From Cyanobacteriota bacterium (GTDB lineage: Bacteria; Cyanobacteriota; Cyanobacteriia; PCC-6307; Cyanobiaceae), in the NCBI GenBank assembly GCA_046052125.1, contig JBJOMY010000005.1, forward strand, positions 96,001-160,000: DNA of 64,000 nt. The letters are read 5' to 3'. Within the stretch, counting starts at the first letter, position 1; each line of letters opens with the position of its first letter. The notes under the pieces were generated by a model. That model did not search any database. It was not told the DNA's origin and saw nothing but the letters and a program-made list of their open reading frames with translations. This document shows positions 51,314 to 62,607 of the stretch, piece by piece. Both the position numbers and the translations under genes were made by a program.

Positions 51314-52408
51314 ATGAGCTCCGAACCCACGCAACTCGGCCTGGTGTTCGGAGGGGTGTCCGGTGAACATGCGGTGTCGATCCGTTCGGCGAACACCGTG
51401 GCTTCAGCCCTGCGGCGCGGCGCCAATGCCAGCCGCTACACGCTGAATTGCTTCTACATCGATCAATGGGGGCACTGGTGGCCTCCCGCCGTTGCTGAAG
51501 CCGTGCTGGCCAAGGGAACACCCGCCAGCCGCGCTGAACTTCCCGCCGCGCCGCTGCGCCCTGGCTTCCAGGGATTCCCGGAAGGGGCCATGGATGTGCA
51601 GGTGTGGCTGCCGGTGCTGCATGGCCCCAATGGCGAAGACGGCACGATCCAGGGGCTGTTCAGCCTGATGCAGGTGCCCTTTGTGGGCTCGGGGGTGCTG
51701 GGTTCAGCCGTGGGCATGGACAAGCAGGCGATGAAAGCCGCATTCGCAGCTGCCGGCCTCCCGCAGGTGCCCTATGCCTGCGTGAATGCTCAAGATCTCA
51801 GCACCAATCCCCAGGAGCTGCTGCTGCGCCTCGAGCAACAGCTGGGCTACCCCTGCTTCATCAAACCCGCCAACCTGGGCTCATCGGTGGGCATCAGCAA
51901 AGCCACCAACCGGGGTGAATTGCTGGCGGGCCTGGAACTGGCCGCCAGCCACGACCCCAGGCTGGTGGTGGAGCAAGGGGTGAATGCCCGGGAACTGGAA
52001 TGCGCAGTGCTCGGCGGCCGCAGCATGCAGGCTTCGGTGCTGGGGGAGATCTGCTTCGATGCCGACTGGTACGACTACGACACCAAATACAGCGAGGGCA
52101 AAAGCCACACGGTGATTCCCGCTGACGTGCCCGATCAACTCAGCGAGCGCGCCCGATCGATGGCGATCGCCGCCTGCAGGGCGGTGGCGGCCGAAGGCCT
52201 GGCCCGGGTGGACTTTTTCCTCGATCGCAACAGCGGCGAGCTCTGGCTCAACGAGATCAATACCCTGCCCGGCTTCACCAGCCAGAGCATGTACCCGATG
52301 CTCTGGGAGGCCACTGGGTTACCGCTCGAGGAGCTGGTGCACCAACTCGTGCAACTGGCGCAAGAATCGGGCCAACCGGCAGTCGGGAGGAGGGCTGAAG
52401 CCGCATGA
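51314..52408 (+). CDS. ddl: D-alanine--D-alanine ligase
   Basis: [40 protein letters not shown]. Confidence 0.97.
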   Translation: MSSEPTQLGLVFGGVSGEHAVSIRSANTVASALRRGANASRYTLNCFYIDQWGHWWPPAVAEAVLAKGTPASRAELPAAPLRPGFQGFPEGAMDVQVWLPVLHGPNGEDGTIQGLFSLMQVPFVGSGVLGSAVGMDKQAMKAAFAAAGLPQVPYACVNAQDLSTNPQELLLRLEQQLGYPCFIKPANLGSSVGISKATNRGELLAGLELAASHDPRLVVEQGVNARELECAVLGGRSMQASVLGEICFDADWYDYDTKYSEGKSHTVIPADVPDQLSERARSMAIAACRAVAAEGLARVDFFLDRNSGELWLNEINTLPGFTSQSMYPMLWEATGLPLEELVHQLVQLAQESGQPAVGRRAEAA

Positions 52409-52815
52409 GCCACGGGTTGCTTTGGCTGCCGCTACTGGTGGTCTTCCCGTTGATCACCGCCCTGGGCTGGCTGGAACGGCGCCGGCAGCGGCTGTTTCGC
52501 GACTGGGCTGCCGGCGCCGAACTCTCCAAGCTCGACGACTGCGGCGGCGCCCGATTGGTGAACGGGGTGCTGGCGTGGAGTGTGTTCGAGTCGGGGAAGT
52601 TGGTGGAAAAGGGGCAGTTCGAGGTGAAAACCCTCGAGAAGGTTGAGCTGCTGGCCCTCGGGTCCGGCGAAGCTCCCCTCACCGATGAATCCCAGGGCGC
52701 CTGCCGCCTGCGCCTGATCAGCGGCAGCGAGCACAAGGATGTGCCCTTTGCCGATGCCGATCGAGCCCGCGGCTGGATCGCCGAACTGATGGCGCGCTCG
52801 CGCTGCGAGCTGTGA
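52405..52815 (+). CDS. Conserved hypothetical membrane-anchored protein
   Basis: [11 protein letters not shown]...LGWLERRRQ; four-base overlaps with ddl and ftsQ. Confidence 0.75.
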   Translation: MSHGLLWLPLLVVFPLITALGWLERRRQRLFRDWAAGAELSKLDDCGGARLVNGVLAWSVFESGKLVEKGQFEVKTLEKVELLALGSGEAPLTDESQGACRLRLISGSEHKDVPFADADRARGWIAELMARSRCEL

Positions 52816-53720
52816 CCCGAAGCCCTGCGCGCCCGGTCATTGCTCCAGAGCGGCGCCGGCAACTGCGGCAACAACGCCGTCAAGAACGGCTCAGGCAGCT
52901 CTGGCGCATCAGCCTGTTCAGCGCGGCGGCAGCCGGCCTCGGCTACGGACTGCTGCGGGAAGGCTGGGTACTGCGCAACCCCAATCAGATCGAGGTGTTG
53001 GGCAGCTCTCAGGTGACCCGCGAGCAGGTGATCCGCGAAGCCGAGCTGCGCCTGCCCCAGCCCCTCCTCGGCCTCAAACCCCAGGAGCTCGCCCAGCGCC
53101 TCTCCACCAGCCTTCCCGTAGAGCAGGTGCAGGTGAACCGGCTCATGCTGCCGCCGCGGCTGCGGATCAGCCTGGTGGAACGGGAGGCGGTGGCCCAAGC
53201 CCAGCGGCGCGGCAGCCGAGGGATTGAGCGTGGCTACGTGGATCGGCTCGGCAACTGGATGACCAGCCGCCAGCAACGGGGCAGCGGCACAGCGCGCACA
53301 CCGCAGGTGATGGTGATGGGGTGGCAGGAGCGGCTGCGCACCCCCCTGGCCGATGTGTTGGCGCAGCAGCAGCAGTTGGGCAGCACCCTGCAACAGGTGC
53401 GCTTTGAAACCAATGGCAGCCTCTGGTTGCGCACCGCCGCCCTCGGTGATGTGCATCTCGGCCCCCCCGATGATCGGCTGCCCCGCCGGCTGGAGGTGTT
53501 GCGTCATCTCTCAACCCATTTGCCGAAACAGATCAAAAATCTGAAGATCCAATCGATCGATCTCAGCGATCCCGAGCAGCCTGAACTCGGCCTACCCGGG
53601 AAGAGTCGAATCAGCATCGCCACGCTGCAGCAAGCCACCGCCGCGGCGAACGCGCAGCGCACAGGCAACCGCCCAGCGCCCAATCGCGCCACCGCACCGG
53701 CAAATAGCTCAGTCGATTGA
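52812..53720 (+). CDS. ftsQ: Cell division protein FtsQ/DivIB
   Basis: Basic N-terminus, one TM, POTRA-like segment, IDLSDP; directly upstream of ftsZ. Confidence 0.88.
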   Translation: MTRSPARPVIAPERRRQLRQQRRQERLRQLWRISLFSAAAAGLGYGLLREGWVLRNPNQIEVLGSSQVTREQVIREAELRLPQPLLGLKPQELAQRLSTSLPVEQVQVNRLMLPPRLRISLVEREAVAQAQRRGSRGIERGYVDRLGNWMTSRQQRGSGTARTPQVMVMGWQERLRTPLADVLAQQQQLGSTLQQVRFETNGSLWLRTAALGDVHLGPPDDRLPRRLEVLRHLSTHLPKQIKNLKIQSIDLSDPEQPELGLPGKSRISIATLQQATAAANAQRTGNRPAPNRATAPANSSVD

Positions 53721-53884
53721 TCGCTGCCGTTGGTTACCACCGGCCGTTGCCTTGAGCCCGGCGTGCAAACGGTGACAGGCCATTGCTTCGCCGATCTCGA
53801 CCGGCAAAGGTGTGGCGATTCCTGCGGCTGATCGAACAGATCAACGACATAATGCTGCGCAGCACCACAGGCATGGGACCTTCT

Positions 53885-54997
53885 ATGGAGATCGCAGCTG
53901 AAGGCCTCAGTGCCAGCAGCAACGGAGCGAGCGGGATCGTGCCCAGCCAGTCGGCCCGGATCGAAGTGATCGGCGTGGGCGGTGGCGGCAGCAATGCCGT
54001 GAACCGCATGATCGCTTCCGATCTGCAGGGAGTGGGCTATCGCGTGCTCAACACCGATGCCCAAGCGCTGTTGCAATCAGCTGCCAAGCAACGTGTGCAG
54101 TTGGGGCAGAAACTCACCCGCGGCCTCGGTGCGGGTGGCAACCCTGCAATCGGTCAGAAAGCAGCAGAAGAATCCCGCGCGGATCTCGCCCAGACCCTTC
54201 AGGGCACCGATCTGGTGTTCATTGCTGCCGGCATGGGTGGTGGAACCGGCACTGGTGCGGCGCCCGTGGTGGCCGAAGTGGCCAAAGAGTGCGGCGCCCT
54301 CACCGTGGGCATCGTGACCAAGCCCTTCGGCTTTGAAGGCCGCCGCCGCATGCGCCAGGCCGAAGAGGGCATTGCCCGTCTGTCTGAGCATGTGGACACG
54401 CTGATCGTGATCCCCAACGACCGCCTGCGCGAGGCGATCGCAGGAGCTCCCCTTCAGGACGCCTTCCGCGCCGCCGACGACGTGCTGCGCATGGGTGTGA
54501 AGGGCATCAGCGACATCATCACCAAGCCCGGCCTGGTGAACGTTGACTTTGCCGACGTGCGCTCGGTGATGACCGACGCCGGAACGGCTCTGCTGGGCTT
54601 GGGTGTGGGCTCCGGTCGCTCCCGTGCCACCGAAGCCGCTCAGGCAGCGATCAGCAGCCCCCTGCTGGAAGCCGCCCGCATCGATGGCGCCAAGGGCTGC
54701 GTGATCAACATCTCCGGCGGCAAGGACATGACCCTCGAGGACATGACCACCGCCTCGGAAGTGATCTACGACGTGGTGGATCCTGAGGCGAACATCATCG
54801 TGGGCGCCGTGGTGGATGAACGCCTCGAGGGCGAAATCCACGTGACCGTGATCGCCACAGGCTTTGAAGGTGGTGGCAGCTACCGGCCTGAGCGCAGCAT
54901 CGCCAGCTTTGCCACTGCTGCAACGGCCGCGTCTGAAGCGGATCAGTCGGGTGCATCGATTCCCTCGTTCCTGCTCAATCGCCAACGCGAGAGCTGA
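53885..54997 (+). CDS. ftsZ: Cell division protein FtsZ
   Basis: [34 protein letters not shown] tail; start may be 53873. Confidence 0.98.
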   Translation: MEIAAEGLSASSNGASGIVPSQSARIEVIGVGGGGSNAVNRMIASDLQGVGYRVLNTDAQALLQSAAKQRVQLGQKLTRGLGAGGNPAIGQKAAEESRADLAQTLQGTDLVFIAAGMGGGTGTGAAPVVAEVAKECGALTVGIVTKPFGFEGRRRMRQAEEGIARLSEHVDTLIVIPNDRLREAIAGAPLQDAFRAADDVLRMGVKGISDIITKPGLVNVDFADVRSVMTDAGTALLGLGVGSGRSRATEAAQAAISSPLLEAARIDGAKGCVINISGGKDMTLEDMTTASEVIYDVVDPEANIIVGAVVDERLEGEIHVTVIATGFEGGGSYRPERSIASFATAATAASEADQSGASIPSFLLNRQRES

Positions 54998-55003
54998 GCA
55001 AAA

Positions 55004-55103
55004 GGGGTGACCCGGAGTCCACGCCTGCTCGGAGCATCCCGTGTGGCTGCTCCCTTCCGGTCCTGACCAGATTTGGGCGTCCGGGCCGCATGGGTCCGAG
55101 TCC
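55004..55103 (-). ncRNA. ffs: Signal recognition particle 4.5S RNA
   Basis: Minus strand contains the domain IV motif GGTCAGGACCGGAAGGGAGCAGCC within a long hairpin; boundaries approximate. Confidence 0.92.
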
Positions 55104-55104
55104 T

Positions 55105-55114
55105 TAAGATGCTA
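55105..55114. promoter_or_regulatory. Overlapping divergent -10 elements for ffs (TAGCAT, minus) and panB (TAAGAT, plus)
   Basis: TAAGAT at 55105-55110 on plus; TG-c-TAGCAT on minus about 6 nt upstream of the ffs 5' end. Confidence 0.5.
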
Positions 55115-55144
55115 GCAATGGGCCTCGGCCACGAGGGCTCTGGG

Positions 55145-55966
55145 GTGCGACCTGCTGATCTGCTCACCTGTAAGCAGGAGGGCCGGCCCATCGCCGCCCT
55201 CACCGCCTGGGATGCGCTGTCGGCTGCACTGGTGGAGCAGGCCGGTGCCGATCTGATCCTGGTGGGCGATTCGCTGGCGATGGTGGTGCTGGGCCACGCC
55301 ACCACCCTGCCGGTCACGCTCGAGGAAATGATCCTGCACACCCGCGCGGTTGGGCGCGGCCTGCAGCGCCCAACCGCCCAGCAACCGCTGATCGTGACCG
55401 ATCTGCCCTTCTTGAGCTACCAGTGCGGGGTTGATGCCGCCGTCGCCGCCGCTGGCCAGGTGCTCAAGGACAGCCCCGCAGCGGCGGTGAAGCTTGAAGG
55501 CGCGGAGCCGGAAACCCTTGCCGTGGTGGATCGGCTCGTGCGCAGCGGCATCCCGGTGATGGGGCACCTGGGGCTCACACCGCAATCGGTGCATCAGCTG
55601 GGGTACCGGCGCCAGGCCAATGACCCCATCAGCCAGGAACGGCTGCGCCGCTCCGCCCGGGATCTCCAGGCAGCAGGTTGCTTCGCGCTGGTGATCGAGC
55701 ACGTCCCCGCCGAACTGGCTGCAGACCTCAGCCGGGAGCTCACGATTCCCGTGATCGGCATCGGCGCTGGCGAGCAGTGCGATGGGCAGGTGCGCGTGAC
55801 CGCCGATCTGCTTGGCCTCACCGAGAGGCAGCCACCCTTTTCCCCGCCGCTGCTCGCCGGCCGCAGCCTGTGCATCGAGGCCCTCAGAGGCTGGGTGGCA
55901 GGTCTGCAGCCCCAGACTCCTGCTCCTCCCACCACGCCAGAAGCTCCCGCAGCACCACATTGCTGA
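55145..55966 (+). CDS. panB: 3-methyl-2-oxobutanoate hydroxymethyltransferase
   Basis: [44 protein letters not shown]. Confidence 0.96.
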   Translation: MRPADLLTCKQEGRPIAALTAWDALSAALVEQAGADLILVGDSLAMVVLGHATTLPVTLEEMILHTRAVGRGLQRPTAQQPLIVTDLPFLSYQCGVDAAVAAAGQVLKDSPAAAVKLEGAEPETLAVVDRLVRSGIPVMGHLGLTPQSVHQLGYRRQANDPISQERLRRSARDLQAAGCFALVIEHVPAELAADLSRELTIPVIGIGAGEQCDGQVRVTADLLGLTERQPPFSPPLLAGRSLCIEALRGWVAGLQPQTPAPPTTPEAPAAPHC

Positions 55967-57107
55967 GTGCCAGCCCCTCGGGATCACTGAGCCTCCAGCG
56001 GGGCCCCTCCCGCAACAACAGCCCTGACTCCACAAACGGCTGCCAGCGGCGCTCCAGCTCTTCCGGAGCGCTCAGGGCGACGCCCTCCCGCCGCCTCAGG
56101 CCGACGATCAAGCGCTCATCCAGGGGCATGCCAGCAGCGGCTGACGCCCCCTGCTGCGGAAGCTGCTCCACCCACAGGGCGTAGCCCTCACGGGTGCGGG
56201 GCCGGGCCAGCCGCTCACCCCAGGGCGCGGAGGTGGCGCCCATCCCGAATCCCCACCAGCCGCCGCCACTCCAGTACACCCGGTTGTGCCGGGAGGCGTG
56301 ACCTGGCAGGGCGTAATTGGAGATCTCGTAGTGGCCATAGCCCGAGGCCGCCAGCCGATGGGCGGTGAGCTCCATCAGATCCGCCGCCAGATCGCTCTCC
56401 GGCAGGTGCAGAGCACCGCGCTGCTCGAGGCGCTCGAACACCGTGCCCGGCTCCACGATCAGGTCGTACACCGACAGGTGGGGCGGCTGCAGCGAGAGAG
56501 CCTGCTCCAGCTGCTCGCGCCAACCCTCCAGGGTTTGCCCCGGCAGCCCCTGGATCAGATCGAGGCTCCAGCTCTGGAGGCGGCTGCTGCGCTGGGCTTG
56601 CTGCAGCCAACCCGCCGCCTCCAGCAGATCGCTGCGGCGATGGCGCCGTCCGAGCTGCTCCAGCACCGCGTCGTTGAAGCTCTGGCCGCCCAGGCTCACC
56701 CGATTCACCCCCGCCGCCAGGTAGGCCGCCAAGCGCGCCTGATCGAAGCTGGCGGGATCGAGCTCGAGGCTCACCTCAGCAGCAGGGGCCAAGCCAAAGC
56801 GCCCACGCAGTGCCTGCAGCAACTCTCTGAGCTGCGCGGCGCTCAGCAGCGATGGGGTGCCGCCCCCCACGTACACGGTGGAGAGGGGTGGACCGGGGGG
56901 AGCTGCAGCGATTTCCCGATGCAGCAGCTGCAGGTAGTTCTGGATCGATGCACTGCCTGGGGCGCCAGGCTCGGCACTGGCGCGATCTCCCAGTGGCACC
57001 ACTGGAAAGTCGCAGTAGAAGCAGCGCCGGTGACAGAAGGGAATGTGCAGGTAGGCGCTGCGGGGCGGCCAACCGACCGGTTCACACCGGTTACCTCCCC
57101 GGGCCAA
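55884..57107 (-). CDS. hemW: Radical SAM heme chaperone HemW (HemN-like)
   Basis: [36 protein letters not shown]; start uncertain (TTG 57107 chosen). Confidence 0.9.
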   Translation of the reverse strand: MARGGNRCEPVGWPPRSAYLHIPFCHRRCFYCDFPVVPLGDRASAEPGAPGSASIQNYLQLLHREIAAAPPGPPLSTVYVGGGTPSLLSAAQLRELLQALRGRFGLAPAAEVSLELDPASFDQARLAAYLAAGVNRVSLGGQSFNDAVLEQLGRRHRRSDLLEAAGWLQQAQRSSRLQSWSLDLIQGLPGQTLEGWREQLEQALSLQPPHLSVYDLIVEPGTVFERLEQRGALHLPESDLAADLMELTAHRLAASGYGHYEISNYALPGHASRHNRVYWSGGGWWGFGMGATSAPWGERLARPRTREGYALWVEQLPQQGASAAAGMPLDERLIVGLRRREGVALSAPEELERRWQPFVESGLLLREGPRWRLSDPEGLALSNVVLRELLAWWEEQESGAADLPPSL

Positions 57108-57165
57108 AGCCCCCGGGATCAGGCATGCTGCCTCACTGAAGCCTTCGGCAGCCACAGCACCGGTC

Positions 57166-58317
57166 ATGGTGGACACCCTCATCCTGGTGCTGTTCGTGGT
57201 GTCGGGGGCCGCCGCTGGATGGCTTGGGGTTGATCTGCTGCCGGAGCAGCAGCTGATCCAGATCCAAAACCTCGAACAGCTGAGCTGGATCCTTGGGGCC
57301 GGCGGAGCTCTGGCGGGTCTGTTGGCGGGCTTTGTGTTCCAGCGGCTGCGCAAGCGGCTGATGGAGCAGGTGCGCACCATGCCCACCGACCTGCTGGTGA
57401 GCCGTGCCGTTGGCCTGATCCTGGGGCTCTTGGTGGCCAACCTGCTGATCTCACCGATCCTGTTCCTCTCGCTCCCCTGGGAGCTGGTGCTGGTGAAACC
57501 CCTGGCGGCGGTGGCCGCCAACGTGTTCTTTGGCGTGTCGGGCTACAACCTGGCCGAGGTGCATGGCCGCACGCTGCTGCGCCTGTTCAACCCCACCAGC
57601 ACGGAAGCACTGCTGGTGGCTGATGGGGTGCTGATGCCCGCCAGCGCCAAGATCCTCGACACCAGCGTGATCATTGATGGCCGCATCCGCGGACTGCTGG
57701 ATTCAGGCCTGCTGGAAGGGCAGGTGATCGTGGCCCAGGCAGTGATCGATGAACTCCAGGCCCTGGCCGATTCCGCCAATAACGAGAAACGCAGCAAAGG
57801 GCGCCGCGGCCTGAAGCTGCTCAGCAGCCTGCGGGAGCGCTACGGCCGTCGGCTGGTGGTGAACACCACGCGCTACGAGGGCAACGGCGTGGACGACAAG
57901 CTGCTCAAGCTGGCGGCCGACACCGGTGGCACCCTGCTCACCGCGGACTACAACCTCACCAAGGTGGCCGAGGTGCAGACCGTGAAGGTGATGAACCTGA
58001 GCGAGCTGGTGATCGCGCTCCGGCCGGAGGTGCAGCCGGGCGATGAGCTCAACCTCAAGATCGTGCGCGATGGCAAGGAAGCCAACCAGGGCGTGGGCTA
58101 TCTCGACGACGGCACGATGGTGGTGGTGGACGGTGCCCACGGCCGAGGCGGCGAGCGCCTGCCCGTGGTGATCACCGGTGCCCTGCAGACCCCCACGGGC
58201 CGGATGGTGTTCGGCAAGCTCGAGGGGGCAAGCGGGGCTGCAGGCGCGAAACCCAAATCGGGCAGCAAGAAATCCGCACCCGCCAAAGGCGATCCGGGCA
58301 CCTCCAACCCCCGCTAG
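57166..58317 (+). CDS. Membrane PIN/TRAM domain protein (YacL-like)
   Basis: N-terminal TMs; ILDTSVIIDGR, TADYNL PIN motifs; GVGYLDDGTMVVV TRAM. Confidence 0.92.
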   Translation: MVDTLILVLFVVSGAAAGWLGVDLLPEQQLIQIQNLEQLSWILGAGGALAGLLAGFVFQRLRKRLMEQVRTMPTDLLVSRAVGLILGLLVANLLISPILFLSLPWELVLVKPLAAVAANVFFGVSGYNLAEVHGRTLLRLFNPTSTEALLVADGVLMPASAKILDTSVIIDGRIRGLLDSGLLEGQVIVAQAVIDELQALADSANNEKRSKGRRGLKLLSSLRERYGRRLVVNTTRYEGNGVDDKLLKLAADTGGTLLTADYNLTKVAEVQTVKVMNLSELVIALRPEVQPGDELNLKIVRDGKEANQGVGYLDDGTMVVVDGAHGRGGERLPVVITGALQTPTGRMVFGKLEGASGAAGAKPKSGSKKSAPAKGDPGTSNPR

Positions 58318-58348
58318 GCTCCCGGCTCAGGCCTGCAGTGATCCGCGG

Positions 58349-59050
58349 ATGTCGGTGTCAGCCCCCTACTACGGCGATTCCGCCGTAATGCGCACCCCGC
58401 CTCCCGATCTGCCCTCGCTGCTGCTGAAGGAGCGGATCGTGTATCTGGGCCTGCCGCTGTTCAGCGACGACGACGCCAAGCGGCAGATGGGCATCGACGT
58501 GACCGAGCTGATCATTGCCCAGCTGCTTTATCTGGAGTTCGACAACCCGGAGAAGCCGATCTTCTTCTACATCAACTCCACGGGCACCAGCTGGTACTCA
58601 GGCGATGCCATCGGCTTTGAAACCGAGGCCTTCGCCATCGCGGACACGATCCGCTACGTGAAGCCACCGGTGCACACCATCTGCATCGGCCAGGCCATGG
58701 GCACCGCGGCGATGATCCTGAGCGCCGGCACCAAGGGGCATCGCGCCGCCCTGCCTCACGCTTCGATCGTTCTGCACCAGCCCCGCAGCGGCGCCCGCGG
58801 CCAGGCCAGCGACATCCAGATCCGGGCCAAGGAAGTGCTGCACAACAAGCAGACGATGCTCGAGATGCTGTCGGCCAACACGGGCCGCAGCGTGGAGCAG
58901 CTCTCGAAGGATTCCGACCGCATGACCTACCTCACGGCCGAGCAAGCCGTGGAGTACGGCCTGATCGATCGGGTGCTCACCAGCCAGAAGCTCCCGAGCC
59001 CCCTACCGGCTGGCGCAGGCATCAGCCCTGGCAATCCCGGTATCAGCTGA
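58349..59050 (+). CDS. clpR: ClpR, non-catalytic Clp protease subunit
   Basis: RTPPPDLPSLLLKERIVYLG; QAMGTAA in place of the catalytic Ser motif. Confidence 0.88.
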   Translation: MSVSAPYYGDSAVMRTPPPDLPSLLLKERIVYLGLPLFSDDDAKRQMGIDVTELIIAQLLYLEFDNPEKPIFFYINSTGTSWYSGDAIGFETEAFAIADTIRYVKPPVHTICIGQAMGTAAMILSAGTKGHRAALPHASIVLHQPRSGARGQASDIQIRAKEVLHNKQTMLEMLSANTGRSVEQLSKDSDRMTYLTAEQAVEYGLIDRVLTSQKLPSPLPAGAGISPGNPGIS

Positions 59051-59123
59051 AACCGGCTGGGCCCCTGCATCGGCCTAGACCCAACCCCGTTCCTCTTCAC
59101 CACCGGCCACCCCCGCATCCGCC

Positions 59124-59738
59124 ATGCCCATCGGCACCCCCAGCGTTCCCTACCGCCTGCCCGGCAGCCAGTACGAGCGCTGGGTTGACATCTACACACG
59201 CCTGGGCGTGGAGCGGATCCTGTTCCTGGGCTCCGAGGTGAACGACGCCATCGCCAACAGCCTGGTGGCGCAGATGCTCTACCTCGACTCGGAGGACAAC
59301 TCCAAGCCGATTTACCTCTACATCAATTCACCGGGTGGCTCGGTAACCGCCGGCCTGGCGATTTACGACACCATCCAGTATGTGAAGAGTGAGGTGGTGA
59401 CCATCTGCGTGGGTCTGGCGGCCTCGATGGGCGCTTTCCTGCTGGGCGCCGGCACCAAGGGCAAGCGGCTGGCCCTGCCCCACAGCCGGATCATGATCCA
59501 CCAGCCCTTGGGCGGCACCAGTCAGCGTCAGGCCAGCGATATCGAGATCGAAGCCCGCGAGATCCTGCGCATCAAGGACATGCTCAACCAGAGCATGGCG
59601 GACATGACCGGCCAGGAGCTCATCAAGATCGAGAAGGACACCGACCGTGACTACTTCATGAGCGCCGCTGAAGCGGTGCAATACGGCCTGATCGACCGCG
59701 TGATCGCCCATCCCACCGAGGCGACAGCAGCGGCCTGA
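59124..59738 (+). CDS. clpP: ATP-dependent Clp protease proteolytic subunit (ClpP3-like)
   Basis: [15 protein letters not shown] (catalytic Ser), [15 protein letters not shown]. Confidence 0.96.
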   Translation: MPIGTPSVPYRLPGSQYERWVDIYTRLGVERILFLGSEVNDAIANSLVAQMLYLDSEDNSKPIYLYINSPGGSVTAGLAIYDTIQYVKSEVVTICVGLAASMGAFLLGAGTKGKRLALPHSRIMIHQPLGGTSQRQASDIEIEAREILRIKDMLNQSMADMTGQELIKIEKDTDRDYFMSAAEAVQYGLIDRVIAHPTEATAAA

Positions 59739-59762
59739 GGGGCGCGGCAGGCGCTTTCGTAA

Positions 59763-60794
<1,032 letters not shown>

Positions 60795-60814
60795 TTCAGG
60801 CCTCTCCCGCAGCC

Positions 60815-61897
60815 ATGACGCTGCTGCCTTTTGGGGTGGATTCCTTCACGGGGATCCACCCCTTTTTGCTGGTGATCGCTGCCGCCGCACTCGATCGGCT
60901 GGTGGGGGATCCGCGCTGGTGCCTGCATCCGGTGGTGGTGATGGGCTGGTGCATCAGCCGGCTGCGGCGGCTGGCTGAGCAGTGGGCCGGCGATCGCCCC
61001 TGGGCGCTGCGCTTGGGCGGTGGCTTGATCACGGCGCTGTTGGTGGGCGGCAGTGGCGCCAGCGGCTGGCTGCTGGAGCGATGGGCCCTTGGCTGGGAGC
61101 TGGCCGAGGCGAAGCCTGTGGCCCTGCTGCTGCTGTTGATCGCCCTAGCCAGCGCTCTGGCGGGTCGCAGCCTGGAGCAGGCAGTGAAAGCAGTGCTGCA
61201 GGCGCTGCCCCCCAGTGGGCAAGGCCTGGCAGCTGCGGATGACAACCAGCTCGAACCCGCCCGAACAGCCCTGAGCTGGATCGTGGGGCGCAGCACCGAG
61301 CAGCTCGATCGCGCCGGCATCCTGCGGGCCGCGGCCGAAACCGCCAGCGAAAACGCGGTAGATGGCTTGTTCGCGCCGTTGTTCTGGATGCTGCTGGGGG
61401 CAACGCTCTGGTCGACTGGCTTGTCCGCCGCTCCGGGCCCCCTGGCTCTGGCCTGGGCCTTCAAGGCAGCGAGCACCCTGGATTCCATGCTCGGCTACCG
61501 GCAAGGGCGGCTGCGCTGGGTAGGCACAGCGGGAGCACGGCTGGATGACCTGCTGGTGTGGCTGCCCTGCCGTCTGGTGGTGCTCAGCCTGCCGCTGGTG
61601 GCGGGTGTGGGGCCGCGCTGCAGCTGGCGGATGGTGCTGGCTGCGGAACGGGATGGCCGGCCCGACCCCTCCCCCAATGCGGGGCTCTCGCAGGCGATCT
61701 ATGCGCACGTGCTGCAGATCCAGCTGGGGGGGCTGAATCGCTACGGCGAGCAGCTCAAGGCCAAGCCTCTACTGGCAGCTGGCTGCCCGGCGCCATCGGC
61801 CGCCAAGGTGAACAGGATGTTTCAGCTGAGTCAGCGGTTGGAGCTGCTCTGGCTGCTGACCGGGCTCGGCGTGGGCTGGGCTGTGGCGAGCGCTTAG
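60815..61897 (+). CDS. cbiB: Adenosylcobinamide-phosphate synthase CbiB/CobD
   Basis: GDPRWCLHPV, IVGRST, ETASENAVDG, TLDSMLGY, SPNAG. Confidence 0.93.
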   Translation: MTLLPFGVDSFTGIHPFLLVIAAAALDRLVGDPRWCLHPVVVMGWCISRLRRLAEQWAGDRPWALRLGGGLITALLVGGSGASGWLLERWALGWELAEAKPVALLLLLIALASALAGRSLEQAVKAVLQALPPSGQGLAAADDNQLEPARTALSWIVGRSTEQLDRAGILRAAAETASENAVDGLFAPLFWMLLGATLWSTGLSAAPGPLALAWAFKAASTLDSMLGYRQGRLRWVGTAGARLDDLLVWLPCRLVVLSLPLVAGVGPRCSWRMVLAAERDGRPDPSPNAGLSQAIYAHVLQIQLGGLNRYGEQLKAKPLLAAGCPAPSAAKVNRMFQLSQRLELLWLLTGLGVGWAVASA

Positions 61898-62589
61898 TAG
61901 GCGCCACGGTCCATAGGCAGCAGCACCACACCAATGGTGCGCAGCACGATGCCCAGATCCAGCCAGAAGCTGCGGTTGCGCACGTAGGTGAGATCGAGGC
62001 GCACCCGGGTGCGGTAGGTGAGGTTGTTGCGGCCCGACACCTGCCAGAGCCCTGTGAGACCGGGACGCACCGACAACACCTCATCCATGTTGCGGCCATA
62101 GCGGGGCAGCTCGTCCCACACGATCGGGCGGGGCCCCACAACGCTCATCTCGCCACGCAGCACGTTGATGAACTGGGGCAGCTCATCGAGGCTGGAGCGG
62201 CGCAGAAATTTGCCAAGGGGCGTGATGCGCGGATCGCGCTTGAGTTTGTGATCCCGCTCGAATTCAGCGCGCAGCTTGGGATCAGCCTCGAGCATCGAGG
62301 CCAGCACCCGGTCCGCATCGCGGCGCATGGTGCGGAACTTGAGACAGCCGAAGCCCTTGTAGCCGCGCCCAATGCGGCGTTGGCGATAGAACACCGAGCC
62401 GCGCGAGCTCAACTTCACCAACACCGCTAGCAGCAGAAACAGCGGCGAACCAAGAATCAGCACCAACAGCGAAAACACGATGTCGCCCCCGCGCTTGAGC
62501 ACCCGCCCACGCAACGACTGAGCCTCCAGCAGGCTGCTGGCCGTGGACTCAGCCGGGATGGAAACAGGGGACAAACGGGCCGTGATCAC
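61894..62589 (-). CDS. Bacterial sugar transferase (priming polyprenyl-phosphate glycosylphosphotransferase)
   Basis: KRGGDIV, KFRTM, DPRIT..G.FLRRSSLDELPQ, GEMSVVGPRP, PGLTGLWQVSGR. Confidence 0.95.
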   Translation of the reverse strand: MITARLSPVSIPAESTASSLLEAQSLRGRVLKRGGDIVFSLLVLILGSPLFLLLAVLVKLSSRGSVFYRQRRIGRGYKGFGCLKFRTMRRDADRVLASMLEADPKLRAEFERDHKLKRDPRITPLGKFLRRSSLDELPQFINVLRGEMSVVGPRPIVWDELPRYGRNMDEVLSVRPGLTGLWQVSGRNNLTYRTRVRLDLTYVRNRSFWLDLGIVLRTIGVVLLPMDRGAY

Positions 62590-62607
62590 AATCCGGTGTT
62601 GGCCTTA

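Noticed and set aside
55073..55144. N-terminal extension of PanB
   Set aside because: It overlaps the SRP RNA gene and its promoter; GTG 55145 is more plausible.
58349..59050. ClpP copy lacking the catalytic serine, a possible pseudogene
   Set aside because: This is the normal non-catalytic ClpR subunit of cyanobacteria; the ORF is intact.
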